Below are positions 34,045 to 42,365 of a stretch of 57,670 nucleotides of DNA, one piece after another. Source of the stretch: an uncultured archaeon (GTDB taxonomy: Archaea > Nanohalarchaeota > Nanosalinia > Nanosalinales > Nanohalalkaliarchaeaceae); NCBI GenBank assembly GCA_964575915.1, contig CAZNTD010000001.1:1-57670 (forward strand), read 5' to 3'. The position numbers were made by a program, and so were the translations under genes. The notes below the pieces were generated by a model, which saw nothing but the letters and a program-made list of their open reading frames with translations, ran no database searches and was not told where the DNA came from. Numbering within the stretch: position 1 is the stretch's first letter; every line of letters starts with the position of its first letter.

Positions 34045-34775
34045 CCCTGGCAGGGACCGCTGCCGTCCATCACCCGGCGGATCTCCGCCGGTCCGAGTTC
34101 CCGGTCGTACACCCGGACATCGGCCAGGGCAGCGGCGAAATCCGGGTTCTCGTTCCCCTCGCCGAGCACCAGTCCGTCGTTCCAGACCGGGACGCGGATG
34201 CCGCCGACGTCGCCGTCGTCCCCGCTGTAGTCGAGGACACCGTCGATGTAGACCCGCCAGTCACGCGTGTTGTTGACATGCTGGATGGCGACGTGGTACC
34301 AGCGGGACGCGTTCCACCTGGTGCGCACCGTCCCCGGGTTGGTGTTCCGTTCCGCGTGCTTCCATAGCGACCACCACAGCCGGCCGTCGGTCCCCGGTCC
34401 CCGGATCTTCAGCCGGGGGTAGCCGTCCCCGGTCGGCAGCTCGATGATGGAGCCGGTCACCGGGCCGGGCCGGAGCCAGAACGTGATGGTGAACGCGTCG
34501 TCCGTCAGTGGGAGCGGCTCGGCCGCCTCCGCGCTCCCGGTGCGGAGCGACAATGCCCCGCCGTCCGGGCCGTCGGTGAGGGAGGCGCCGGAGAGATGGA
34601 GGTCGTTGCCCATCGGGGATGCGTCGGGGACGGTGCCGTTCGCAGCGGCATCCATCCGGTAGTGGGCGACAAGATCGCACGTCCCATCCGCCCCCTCGAG
34701 GAACGTGCCGCCGAGCCCGACGCCCAGCCCGATGAGGAGTGCGATGACCGCCGCGGCGTGGACACGCCTGTCCAT
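34041..34775 (-). CDS. secreted LamG/concanavalin-like domain protein
   Basis: Signal anchor AAAVIALLIGLGVGLGG. FTITFWLRP...WYHVAIQH...VYIDGVL...VRVYDRELGPAEI is typical of LamG. Trimmed to MDRRVHAA. Confidence 0.7.
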   Translation of the reverse strand: MDRRVHAAAVIALLIGLGVGLGGTFLEGADGTCDLVAHYRMDAAANGTVPDASPMGNDLHLSGASLTDGPDGGALSLRTGSAEAAEPLPLTDDAFTITFWLRPGPVTGSIIELPTGDGYPRLKIRGPGTDGRLWWSLWKHAERNTNPGTVRTRWNASRWYHVAIQHVNNTRDWRVYIDGVLDYSGDDGDVGGIRVPVWNDGLVLGEGNENPDFAAALADVRVYDRELGPAEIRRVMDGSGPCQG

Positions 34776-34854
34776 GCCCCGGGATTGGCGCGGAGCGTTT
34801 AAGTGGGTGCTGCCCGGGCGGGAGATTGATAAGCGAGGCGGGTGATGGTTTCCC

Positions 34855-35493
34855 GTGATGCGGACGTTCGCGGACCGGGAGGACGCCGGGGAACGGCTCG
34901 CCGACCTGCTCCGGGAGGACGGGGTGGAGGCGGATATCGTCCTCGCCATCCCGCGCGGCGGTTTGCCCGCCGGGCGTGCCGTGGCGGACCGGCTCGGTGT
35001 CCCGCTGGACGTGGTGGTCGCGCGGAAGATGGGTGCGCCCGGCAACCCGGAACTCGCCATCGGGGCGGTGGCCAGCGACGGGTCGGCCTGGCTGAACGAC
35101 GACCTCATCGACCGGCTCGGTGTCGGCGAGCCGTACGTGGACGAGGTGCGGGAGCGGGAGGCGGAGAACGCCCGGGCGAAGCTGGAGCGGTACCGGGAGG
35201 GCCGGGAGGAGCCGGACCTGGACGGGAAGCGGGTGGTCGTGGTGGATGACGGGGTGGCGACCGGTGCGACGATGACGGCGTGCCTCCGGCAGGTCCGGAA
35301 CGCGGGGGCGGACCGGGTCGTCGTGGCCGTCCCGGTGGGCCCGCCGGACACGCTGGAGATGCTGCGGGGTGAGGCGGATGCCGTGTACGCGGTGGAGCGG
35401 CCCCCGGGATTCACGGCGGTCGGCGCGTACTACGACCGGTTCGACCAGGTGCAGGACGCGGAGGCCGTGACCTACCTCGGGAAAGGTTCTTGA
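34855..35493 (+). CDS. phosphoribosyltransferase family protein
   Basis: PRPP-binding motif VVVVDDGVATGATM. Confidence 0.8.
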   Translation: MMRTFADREDAGERLADLLREDGVEADIVLAIPRGGLPAGRAVADRLGVPLDVVVARKMGAPGNPELAIGAVASDGSAWLNDDLIDRLGVGEPYVDEVREREAENARAKLERYREGREEPDLDGKRVVVVDDGVATGATMTACLRQVRNAGADRVVVAVPVGPPDTLEMLRGEADAVYAVERPPGFTAVGAYYDRFDQVQDAEAVTYLGKGS

Positions 35494-35516
35494 ACCTCGC
35501 GCTCGCACCGGGGTGT

Positions 35517-36074
35517 ATGCGCCCGGAAGGTGAGTGGTTCAAGCCGGAGGAACTGACCGATCTCTACCACGCCTACCTGGTCATCGGCTGCGTCGTGGCG
35601 CTGCCCGCCGCGGCGTTCGTGGCCATGGTGGCGACCGTCACGACCGGTATCGTCATCGGGGTCATCGTGGTCGCCGCGCTGACGTTCCTCCTCTGGTGGA
35701 TATCCGCGTTCTACGACACCGCCGCGTACCGGCTGACCCTGGAGGACATCGAGTACCGGCGCGGCGTCTTCTTCCGGAAGAAGAGCAACGTCCCGTACAA
35801 CCGCATCACCAACATCGAGACGCACCAGGGTCCGGTGCAGCGGTACGTCGGCGCGGGCTCGGTCGCCATCCAGACCGCCGGGCAGTCCGGGCAGGGCGCG
35901 ACCGCGGAACTCACCGTGAACGGGGTGGCGGACTACGAGGACATCGCCGAGCAGGTGCAGGAGAAGGTGCACGGGAAGCCGCCGGAGGCCGTGGAGGCCG
36001 GCGAGCACGACACCGGACAGGAGACGGTGGTGGCGGAGCTGCGGAAGATCCGAGAACTGCTCGAGCAGGACTAG
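35517..36074 (+). CDS. bacterial PH (bPH_2/YdbS-like) domain membrane protein
   Basis: Two TM helices, then YRRGVFFRKKSNVPYNRITNIETHQGPVQRYVGAGSVAIQTAG. Confidence 0.7.
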   Translation: MRPEGEWFKPEELTDLYHAYLVIGCVVALPAAAFVAMVATVTTGIVIGVIVVAALTFLLWWISAFYDTAAYRLTLEDIEYRRGVFFRKKSNVPYNRITNIETHQGPVQRYVGAGSVAIQTAGQSGQGATAELTVNGVADYEDIAEQVQEKVHGKPPEAVEAGEHDTGQETVVAELRKIRELLEQD

Positions 36075-37348
36075 CGGTCCGCCCGGATGCGATCCGCGCG
36101 CCGCTGCGCCTCCTTCCCAAGCCCGTCAAGGTCGATGTCGACCGGTTCTCCATCCCTGACCAGCACGTCGCCGTCCACCAGGACGTCGGACACCCGGCCG
36201 TCGAACGCGAACACGAGGTTGGACACGACGCCACGCGGCCCGTGGACCGGGGTCATGGACGGGTGGGACAGGTCGACGGCGACCAGGTCGGCCCGCTTGC
36301 CCGTCTCGACGGAGCCGATGCGCCCGTCCAGCCCGAGCGCGGCGGCGCTGCCGCGGGTCGCCATGTCCAGCGCCTGCTGCGCCGGCAGGACGGTCGGGTC
36401 CTGCTCCTTCTGCACGAGCGACGCCAGTTTCATCTCGTCGAACATGTCGAGGCTGTTGTTGGAGGCGACACCGTCCGTCCCGAGGCCGACGGTCACCCCG
36501 GCATCGAGCAGGGCGGGGACGGGGGCGACGCCGGAGCCCAGCTTGAGGTTGGCGGCCGGGTTGTGCACCACCGACGCGCCGCGCTCCGCAAGCAGGTCGA
36601 TGCTGCCCTGGGAGAGGTGGGTGCCGTGCGCAGCGACCGTCCGGTCCGTGAGCAGTCCATGCGCGTCCAGGTGTTCCGCCGGGGAACGTCCGTGCTCCTC
36701 CTGGCAGTCCTCGTTCTCCCGCACCGTCTCGGACAGGTGGACGTGGACGGGGGCGTCGAACCGGTCGGCCTGCTCCCGCGCCCGATCCAGGATGTCCGGG
36801 GAGCAGGTGTAGACCGCGTGCGGCGCGACCGCCGGGGTGATGCGCGGATGGTCCGCGTAGGCGTCGAGCAGGGCGCGGCTCTCCCGTAGTTTCTCCGCAC
36901 CTTCCCCGTCGCTGTCGATGAGGCCGCGGCCGAGGACGGCGCGCATCCCGGTGTCGTCCACCGCCGCGGCCACCGCGTCCTCCGGTGCGTACATATCGTT
37001 GAAACAGGTGGTGCCGGACAGCAGCATCTCGGCGATGGCGAGCCGCGCACCGAGTTCCACGTCGTCCCGGTCCATCACGGACTCGGCCGGCAGGATGTCG
37101 TCGAACAGCCACTCCTGCAGCACCCGGTCGTCGGAGATGCCGCGGAGCAGCGTCATGGAGGCGTGGGTGTGGGCGTTGACCAGTCCGGGCAGGACGGCCT
37201 TCCCGGAGCAGTCGATGACCGTCCCGTCACGGTCCAGGTCGTCCCCGATGGCCACGATCTCGCCGCCATCCACCCTGACATCGACGTGTTCCCGGACGGT
37301 CCGGTCGTCGTCCTGCGTGACCAGGTAGCGGATGTTCCGGAGGAGCAT
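36071..37348 (-). CDS. mtaD: amidohydrolase, 5'-methylthioadenosine/S-adenosylhomocysteine deaminase-like
   Basis: GLVNAHTHASMTLLRG, HLSET and GTDG motifs. Trimmed to MLLRNIRYLV. Confidence 0.8.
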   Translation of the reverse strand: MLLRNIRYLVTQDDDRTVREHVDVRVDGGEIVAIGDDLDRDGTVIDCSGKAVLPGLVNAHTHASMTLLRGISDDRVLQEWLFDDILPAESVMDRDDVELGARLAIAEMLLSGTTCFNDMYAPEDAVAAAVDDTGMRAVLGRGLIDSDGEGAEKLRESRALLDAYADHPRITPAVAPHAVYTCSPDILDRAREQADRFDAPVHVHLSETVRENEDCQEEHGRSPAEHLDAHGLLTDRTVAAHGTHLSQGSIDLLAERGASVVHNPAANLKLGSGVAPVPALLDAGVTVGLGTDGVASNNSLDMFDEMKLASLVQKEQDPTVLPAQQALDMATRGSAAALGLDGRIGSVETGKRADLVAVDLSHPSMTPVHGPRGVVSNLVFAFDGRVSDVLVDGDVLVRDGEPVDIDLDGLGKEAQRRADRIRADR

Positions 37349-37398
37349 GGTGGACCGGTGCGGCCGAGATTTTAAAGCGTGCGGTCGCACCCGGTCGT

Positions 37399-37782
37399 AT
37401 GCTCCTGCTGTTCCTCGTCGCGGTCGCGTTGCCGCTGCTGGACATCTTCCTGCTCGTCAAGATCGCCGGTATCATCGGCATCGTCCCGACCGCGCTCCTC
37501 GCCGTGTTCACCGGTATCGTCGGTATATCGCTGCTCCGCCGGGAAGGCGTGACGGTGCTGCTGCGGCTGCAGAACGCGGTGATGGTGGAGGAGGCCGGGC
37601 AGGCCGTCATGGAGGGTGCGCTGCTGGCGGTGGGCGGCATCCTGCTCCTCACCCCGGGCGTGGTGACCGACGCGCTGGGCTTCGCCATGGTGCTGCCGTG
37701 GACCCGGGTGCGGCTGGCGCGGGTCATCCGGGAGCGGGCGGAGATGTCGGACAACGTCACGGTGCAGGTCCACCGGTTCTGA
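37399..37782 (+). CDS. fxsA: FxsA family membrane protein
   Basis: LLTPGVVTDALGFAMVLPWTR motif. Confidence 0.75.
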   Translation: MLLLFLVAVALPLLDIFLLVKIAGIIGIVPTALLAVFTGIVGISLLRREGVTVLLRLQNAVMVEEAGQAVMEGALLAVGGILLLTPGVVTDALGFAMVLPWTRVRLARVIRERAEMSDNVTVQVHRF

Positions 37783-37810
37783 TTTAAACGCTGGCCCGCA
37801 ATCTCGCGGC

Positions 37811-38398
37811 ATGGCCATCCTCTGCGACACCGACCTGAAGCGGCTGGTGACCGAGCAGGGCGCGATCCGGGTGGCGGAGAACGAGCCTGCCATCGACGAG
37901 GAGCTGCAGTTCGGCCCGTCCTCCATCGACCTCCGGCTCGGCACCTCGTTCGGCATCCTGAACACGCGCAAGATCGAGGTCGTGGACACGAAGGACATGG
38001 AGAAGTACAAGAACTACATCGTCGAGGAGGAGCACAGCCCGGAGGAAGGGGTCATCATCCACCCCGGAGAGTTCGTGCTCGGCTCCACGCTGGAGACGGT
38101 GCACGTCCCGGACGACATGGTCGCACGGGTCGAGGGCCGGTCGAGTTACGGGCGGCTCGGCATCGTGGTGCACGCCACCGCGGGCTACATCGACCCCGGC
38201 TTCGGCGGCGACATCACGCTCGAGATGCAGAACCTGGGGAACGCCCCGGTCAAGGTCTACCCGCACGACCGCATCTGCCAGGTCGTGTTCGAGACCATGA
38301 CCGACGAGGCCGCGGTCCCGTACGGCGACAAGCGCGATGCCAAGTACCAGGGACAGACCGGTGCGACCGGAAGCAAGCTGGACCGGGAGCAGCGGTGA
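37811..38398 (+). CDS. dcd: dCTP deaminase
   Basis: VEGRSSYGRLGIVVHATAGYIDPGFGG and ITLEMQN motifs. Confidence 0.9.
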   Translation: MAILCDTDLKRLVTEQGAIRVAENEPAIDEELQFGPSSIDLRLGTSFGILNTRKIEVVDTKDMEKYKNYIVEEEHSPEEGVIIHPGEFVLGSTLETVHVPDDMVARVEGRSSYGRLGIVVHATAGYIDPGFGGDITLEMQNLGNAPVKVYPHDRICQVVFETMTDEAAVPYGDKRDAKYQGQTGATGSKLDREQR

Positions 38399-38402
38399 TA
38401 GG

Positions 38403-39161
38403 ATGCGCCCGGTCGACACCCACTGCCATCTCGATTTCGACCAGTACGATGATGACCGGGAGGAGGTCGTGGCGGAGTGCGCGGAGCGGCTGGAGGCGGT
38501 GGTGAACGTCGGAACCGACCCGGACCGGAACCGTGCGTCGCTGGACCTCGCACGGGCGCACGACCACGTCCATGCGACCGTGGGGCTGCACCCGACCCGC
38601 GTCCTCGACGTCGACCGGGAGACCGTCGAGGAGGTGGCGGCGCAGGTGCGCGACCATGCGGACGACATCGTGGCGGTGGGGGAGATCGGGCTGGACTACC
38701 ACCATGTCCGCGACCCGGACGGCCGGGCGCGGCAGGCGGACATCTTCCGCGAACTGCTGGCGGTGGCCGAGGATGTCGGGTTGCCGGTGGCGCTGCACAC
38801 GCGGGATGCGGAGCGGGACGCGTTCGACGTGGTGCAGGAGTACAGCCCGCCGGTGGTCGTGCAGCACTGCTTCAACGGCGAACCGTCCCTGGCCCTGGAG
38901 GCGGTGGATGCCGGCCAGTACGTCTCGGTGTCGACCCAGGTGCTCTACTCGAACCGGGTGCAGGACATCGCCGAAGTGGTGCCGCTGGACCGCATCCTGC
39001 TGGAAACGGACGCGCCGTTCCTCTACCGGGGTGAGCGGAACGTGCCGTGGCACGTGGCGGAGAGTGCGGAGACCATCGCCGAGATCAAGGAGGTCGCGGT
39101 GGACGAGGTCGTGGAGCGCACGACGCGGAACGCGCGGGAGGCGCTGGACCTGCCGGTCTAG
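38403..39161 (+). CDS. TatD family metal-dependent hydrolase
   Basis: VDTHCHLDF, GEIGLDYH, HTRDA and ETDAPF motifs. Confidence 0.85.
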   Translation: MRPVDTHCHLDFDQYDDDREEVVAECAERLEAVVNVGTDPDRNRASLDLARAHDHVHATVGLHPTRVLDVDRETVEEVAAQVRDHADDIVAVGEIGLDYHHVRDPDGRARQADIFRELLAVAEDVGLPVALHTRDAERDAFDVVQEYSPPVVVQHCFNGEPSLALEAVDAGQYVSVSTQVLYSNRVQDIAEVVPLDRILLETDAPFLYRGERNVPWHVAESAETIAEIKEVAVDEVVERTTRNAREALDLPV

Positions 39162-39388
39162 TCCGCGGTGTTCCGGCCGACGGCCTTGTTGATGGGGCAC
39201 TTCCGTGTCTGCGCCGTGGCGACCAGTACGATACCGACGACCACCAGGACGAGCGCGGTCAGTGCCTGTGGGAACGGGCCGAACGCGACCGGGACCATCC
39301 CTGCGTATCCGAGCGCTCCCACGACGGCGAGGATGCCGCCGAGAACGCACCGGACGGTGCGGTCTGTTCCGCCGACGTTGTGTTCCAT
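39158..39388 (-). CDS. DUF2892 (YgaP-like) small membrane protein
   Basis: NVGGTDRTVRCVLGG...CPINKAVGRNT pattern. Trimmed to MEHNVGG. Confidence 0.65.
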   Translation of the reverse strand: MEHNVGGTDRTVRCVLGGILAVVGALGYAGMVPVAFGPFPQALTALVLVVVGIVLVATAQTRKCPINKAVGRNTAD

Positions 39389-39470
39389 GCTGACCGGTGG
39401 GGAACGCCGGGATATAAAGGTTGGTCGGACGTGGTGAACAGGAAGCCTTTTATGCCGGTCGTCCCCGTCT

Positions 39471-40271
39471 TTGTGCATGGCGTACGAGCGGACGCTGCAG
39501 GAGATAGACAACTTCGTGTTCGACCTGGACGGCACCGTCTGGGAGTGGAACCGCCTCAAGGACGGTGTGAAGGAGACTATCGTCGACCTTGCTGACCGGG
39601 GCAAGGACATCTACTACATCACCAACTCGGCGATGCTGTCCCGGGAGGGCTACGCGGACAAGCTCCGTGACTTCGGGCTTCCCGTGGAGCGCGACAGCCG
39701 GGTCATCTCCGCGTCGTACATCGCGTCCGAGATATTCGATGCGAAGGACATCCGGAAGGCGTTCGTCATCGGCGAGGAAGGGTTGATGGACGAACTCGGC
39801 CGGAACGGCATCGCCCACTCGGAGGAGGCCGGACACGTCCTGGTCGCGGTCGACCGCAACTTCTCCTACTGGAAGATGGCGAAGGCCGCGGATCTTATCC
39901 GGGCGGGCGCCGACCTGTGGGCGACATCCATCGACTCGTACTGGTGGGCGGGCGACCGGGCGATGCCCGGGACCAACGCGCTGACCGCCGCGGTGAAACT
40001 GGCGGCGGATACGGACGACGTCGAGGTGGTCGGGAAGCCGAGCGCCTACGCCCGTGACGTGGTGACGGACGAGTGGGGGCTCCGCCCGACCAACACCATC
40101 CTCATCGGCGACAACCTGTCCAGCGACATCGTGCTCGGGAACAAGATCGGGTGCAAGACCGCGCTGGTGCTTGGTGGTGCGTCGACCGAGGAGGACCTGA
40201 ACGACGCCGGGCCGCAGGAGAAGCCGCACATCGTCTTCCGCTCCTTCGACCGCATCATGATGAAGGTCTAG
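39471..40271 (+). CDS. HAD-IIA family hydrolase (NagD-like phosphatase)
   Basis: FVFDLDGTVW, ITNS, GKP and IGDNLSSDI motifs. Confidence 0.8.
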   Translation: MCMAYERTLQEIDNFVFDLDGTVWEWNRLKDGVKETIVDLADRGKDIYYITNSAMLSREGYADKLRDFGLPVERDSRVISASYIASEIFDAKDIRKAFVIGEEGLMDELGRNGIAHSEEAGHVLVAVDRNFSYWKMAKAADLIRAGADLWATSIDSYWWAGDRAMPGTNALTAAVKLAADTDDVEVVGKPSAYARDVVTDEWGLRPTNTILIGDNLSSDIVLGNKIGCKTALVLGGASTEEDLNDAGPQEKPHIVFRSFDRIMMKV

Positions 40272-40289
40272 CCACACCGCTTCTTACGG

Positions 40290-41687
40290 CTAGCCGATGA
40301 TGCTGTCGATGTCCCGGATCTCCATCATGTTGGTGGTGCCCGCCTCGGAGGTCGGGGTGCCGGCGGAGAAGATGGCGGTGTCGTCCATGTCGACCATCCC
40401 CTGCTCGTGGAGGAACGTGGCGGAGGCCGCGACGAGTTCGTCGACGTAGTCCGGGAAGTCGAGTTCGAACGCCTGGACGCCCCAGGCCAGCTGCAGCTGC
40501 CGCCTGACCCGGGAGGAGTTGGTGAAGGCGACGATGGGGGTCTCGGGCCGGTACTTGGCGATGTTCCGCGCGGTGAAGCCGGACTGGGTGTGTGCGACCA
40601 GGTAGGCGAGGTCGAGATGCTTCGATGCCTCGTAGATGTTGCGGCAGATGGTCTCGGACACGTCGCCGTCCGTCCCCTCGATGTGGGAGAGGTGGGGGCT
40701 CCACGACTCCTCGACGTCCCGCAGCACCTCGTCCATGAACGCGACCGTGGTCACCGGGTAGTTGCCGACCGCGGTCTCCTCGGACAGCATCACCGCGTCG
40801 GAGCCGTCCAGCACCGCGTTCGCCACGTCGGACACCTCCGCGCGTGTCGCCCGCCGGGAATCGACCATGGAGGTGAGCATCTCGGTCGCGGTGATGACCG
40901 GTTTCCCGGCCTCGTTGCACTTGCGGATGATGCGCTTCTGGTGGGTCGGGACCTGCGCCGCCGGGAGTTCGACACCGAGGTCGCCGCGCGCCACCATGAT
41001 GCCGTCCGATGCCGCGATGATCTCGTCCATGTTCTCGATGGCCTGGACGTGCTCCATCTTGGCGACGATGTGGATGTCGGAGTCGTCCCCCAGGATGTCC
41101 CGCACCGCCGCGACGTCGTCCGCGGACCGGACGAACGAGACCGCGATGAAGTCGAAGCCCTGCTCGGCGGCGAACCCGATGTCGTCCTCGTCCTCGTCGG
41201 TCGGGAACTCCAGTCCGAGGTCGCGACCGGGTACGGAGATGGAGTCGCGGGACGTGACCGGGCCGCCGTACAGCACGGTGCAGGACAGTCCATCACCGGC
41301 CTCCTCGACGTCCATCTCGATGCGGCCGTCGTCGATGAGGATGCGGTCCCCGGGTTCGATGCGGTCGAGCGCGGCCGCGTTCGGCACGGGGAGGGTGGAC
41401 GCGTCGCCGCCGTCCTCGCCGGCCACGACCGTGACGGTGCTTCCCTGTTCGAGGTCGGTCCCCGGCTCCACCTCGCCGAGCCGCAGTTCCGGCCCCTTCG
41501 TGTCCATCATCACCGCGACGTCGTCCGACGCCTCCCGCGCCATGTCGTACAGGTCCGCGTGGTCCGCGTGGTCGCCGTGGGAGAAGTTCTGCCGGAACAC
41601 GTCCACGCCCGCGTCGACCAGGTCGGCGATGGTGTCCGGGTCGTGGGTGGCCGGGCCGAGCGTGGCCACGATCTTCGTCTTGCGCAT
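40290..41687 (-). CDS. pyk: pyruvate kinase
   Basis: MRKTKIVATLGPA, NFSHG, MVARGDLGVE and ATEMLTSM motifs. Confidence 0.9.
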   Translation of the reverse strand: MRKTKIVATLGPATHDPDTIADLVDAGVDVFRQNFSHGDHADHADLYDMAREASDDVAVMMDTKGPELRLGEVEPGTDLEQGSTVTVVAGEDGGDASTLPVPNAAALDRIEPGDRILIDDGRIEMDVEEAGDGLSCTVLYGGPVTSRDSISVPGRDLGLEFPTDEDEDDIGFAAEQGFDFIAVSFVRSADDVAAVRDILGDDSDIHIVAKMEHVQAIENMDEIIAASDGIMVARGDLGVELPAAQVPTHQKRIIRKCNEAGKPVITATEMLTSMVDSRRATRAEVSDVANAVLDGSDAVMLSEETAVGNYPVTTVAFMDEVLRDVEESWSPHLSHIEGTDGDVSETICRNIYEASKHLDLAYLVAHTQSGFTARNIAKYRPETPIVAFTNSSRVRRQLQLAWGVQAFELDFPDYVDELVAASATFLHEQGMVDMDDTAIFSAGTPTSEAGTTNMMEIRDIDSIIG

Positions 41688-41710
41688 GGGGACAGGTTCG
41701 CGGCGCTGCC

Positions 41711-42265
41711 TTAAGAATCCCGGCGGTCGAGATAGGTGCGGAGCGCGTCCAGCGCCTGCATCCGGTGGGAGACCTCGTGCTTGTACGCGGGGTCCTCCGC
41801 GAACGTCCGGTCGTGGCCGGCGGGGCGGAACATGGGGTCGTAGCCGAATCCCTCATCCCCGCGCGGCTCGACCAGTTCGCCGGCCACTTCGCCGGTGAAC
41901 GTGTGGATGTCACCGGTATCCGGGTCGTGGAGGGCGATGGCGGCGCGGAACCGGGCGGACCGGTCGTCGTCGAGCAGCCGGAGCAGCTTCTCCTTCCCGA
42001 CCTTCTCGTCGAACGGGCTGCTCAGGATGCCCGGGAAGCCGCCCAGGGCGTCGACGAACAGGCCGGAGTCGTCCGCCATGAGCAGCGTGTCGCCACCGAC
42101 CCGGCCCAGCGCCTGCTCCACCTTGGTCGTGGCGATGTCAGCCAGGGCGGCATCCTGCGGCTCGACCGCGTCCACGTCCACCTGCTCGACCGTGAACCGG
42201 CCGGGCAGGATGCTGCGGACGTCGTCGACCTTGCCCGCGTTGCCGGTGGCGAACCGGAGGTGCAT
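41711..42265 (-). CDS. rdgB: non-canonical purine NTP pyrophosphatase (HAM1/RdgB family)
   Basis: FATGNAGK, DDSGLFVDALGGFPG and FGYDPMF motifs. TATA at 42287-42294 lies about 25 nt upstream of the ATG. Confidence 0.85.
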   Translation of the reverse strand: MHLRFATGNAGKVDDVRSILPGRFTVEQVDVDAVEPQDAALADIATTKVEQALGRVGGDTLLMADDSGLFVDALGGFPGILSSPFDEKVGKEKLLRLLDDDRSARFRAAIALHDPDTGDIHTFTGEVAGELVEPRGDEGFGYDPMFRPAGHDRTFAEDPAYKHEVSHRMQALDALRTYLDRRDS

Positions 42266-42286
42266 GGGTCGGGATTGGAAAAACGG

Positions 42287-42294
42287 ATTTAAAA
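42287..42294. promoter_or_regulatory. TATA box in the rdgB/metG divergent region
   Basis: ATTTAAAA is the only AT-rich element between the two genes, 25 nt from the rdgB ATG. Confidence 0.55.
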
Positions 42295-42365
42295 GTCTGT
42301 ACAGGGAGACAGGAGCAGGTGCATCACCCATCGCGCTGACCGATATCGACCGTGAGCGGACCATC

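Noticed and set aside
42264-42266. ATG at 42264 as the metG start
   Set aside because: The following ~20 codons have A/T-rich third positions, unlike every confident gene here, and they contain the rdgB TATA box. I keep it as an alternative only.
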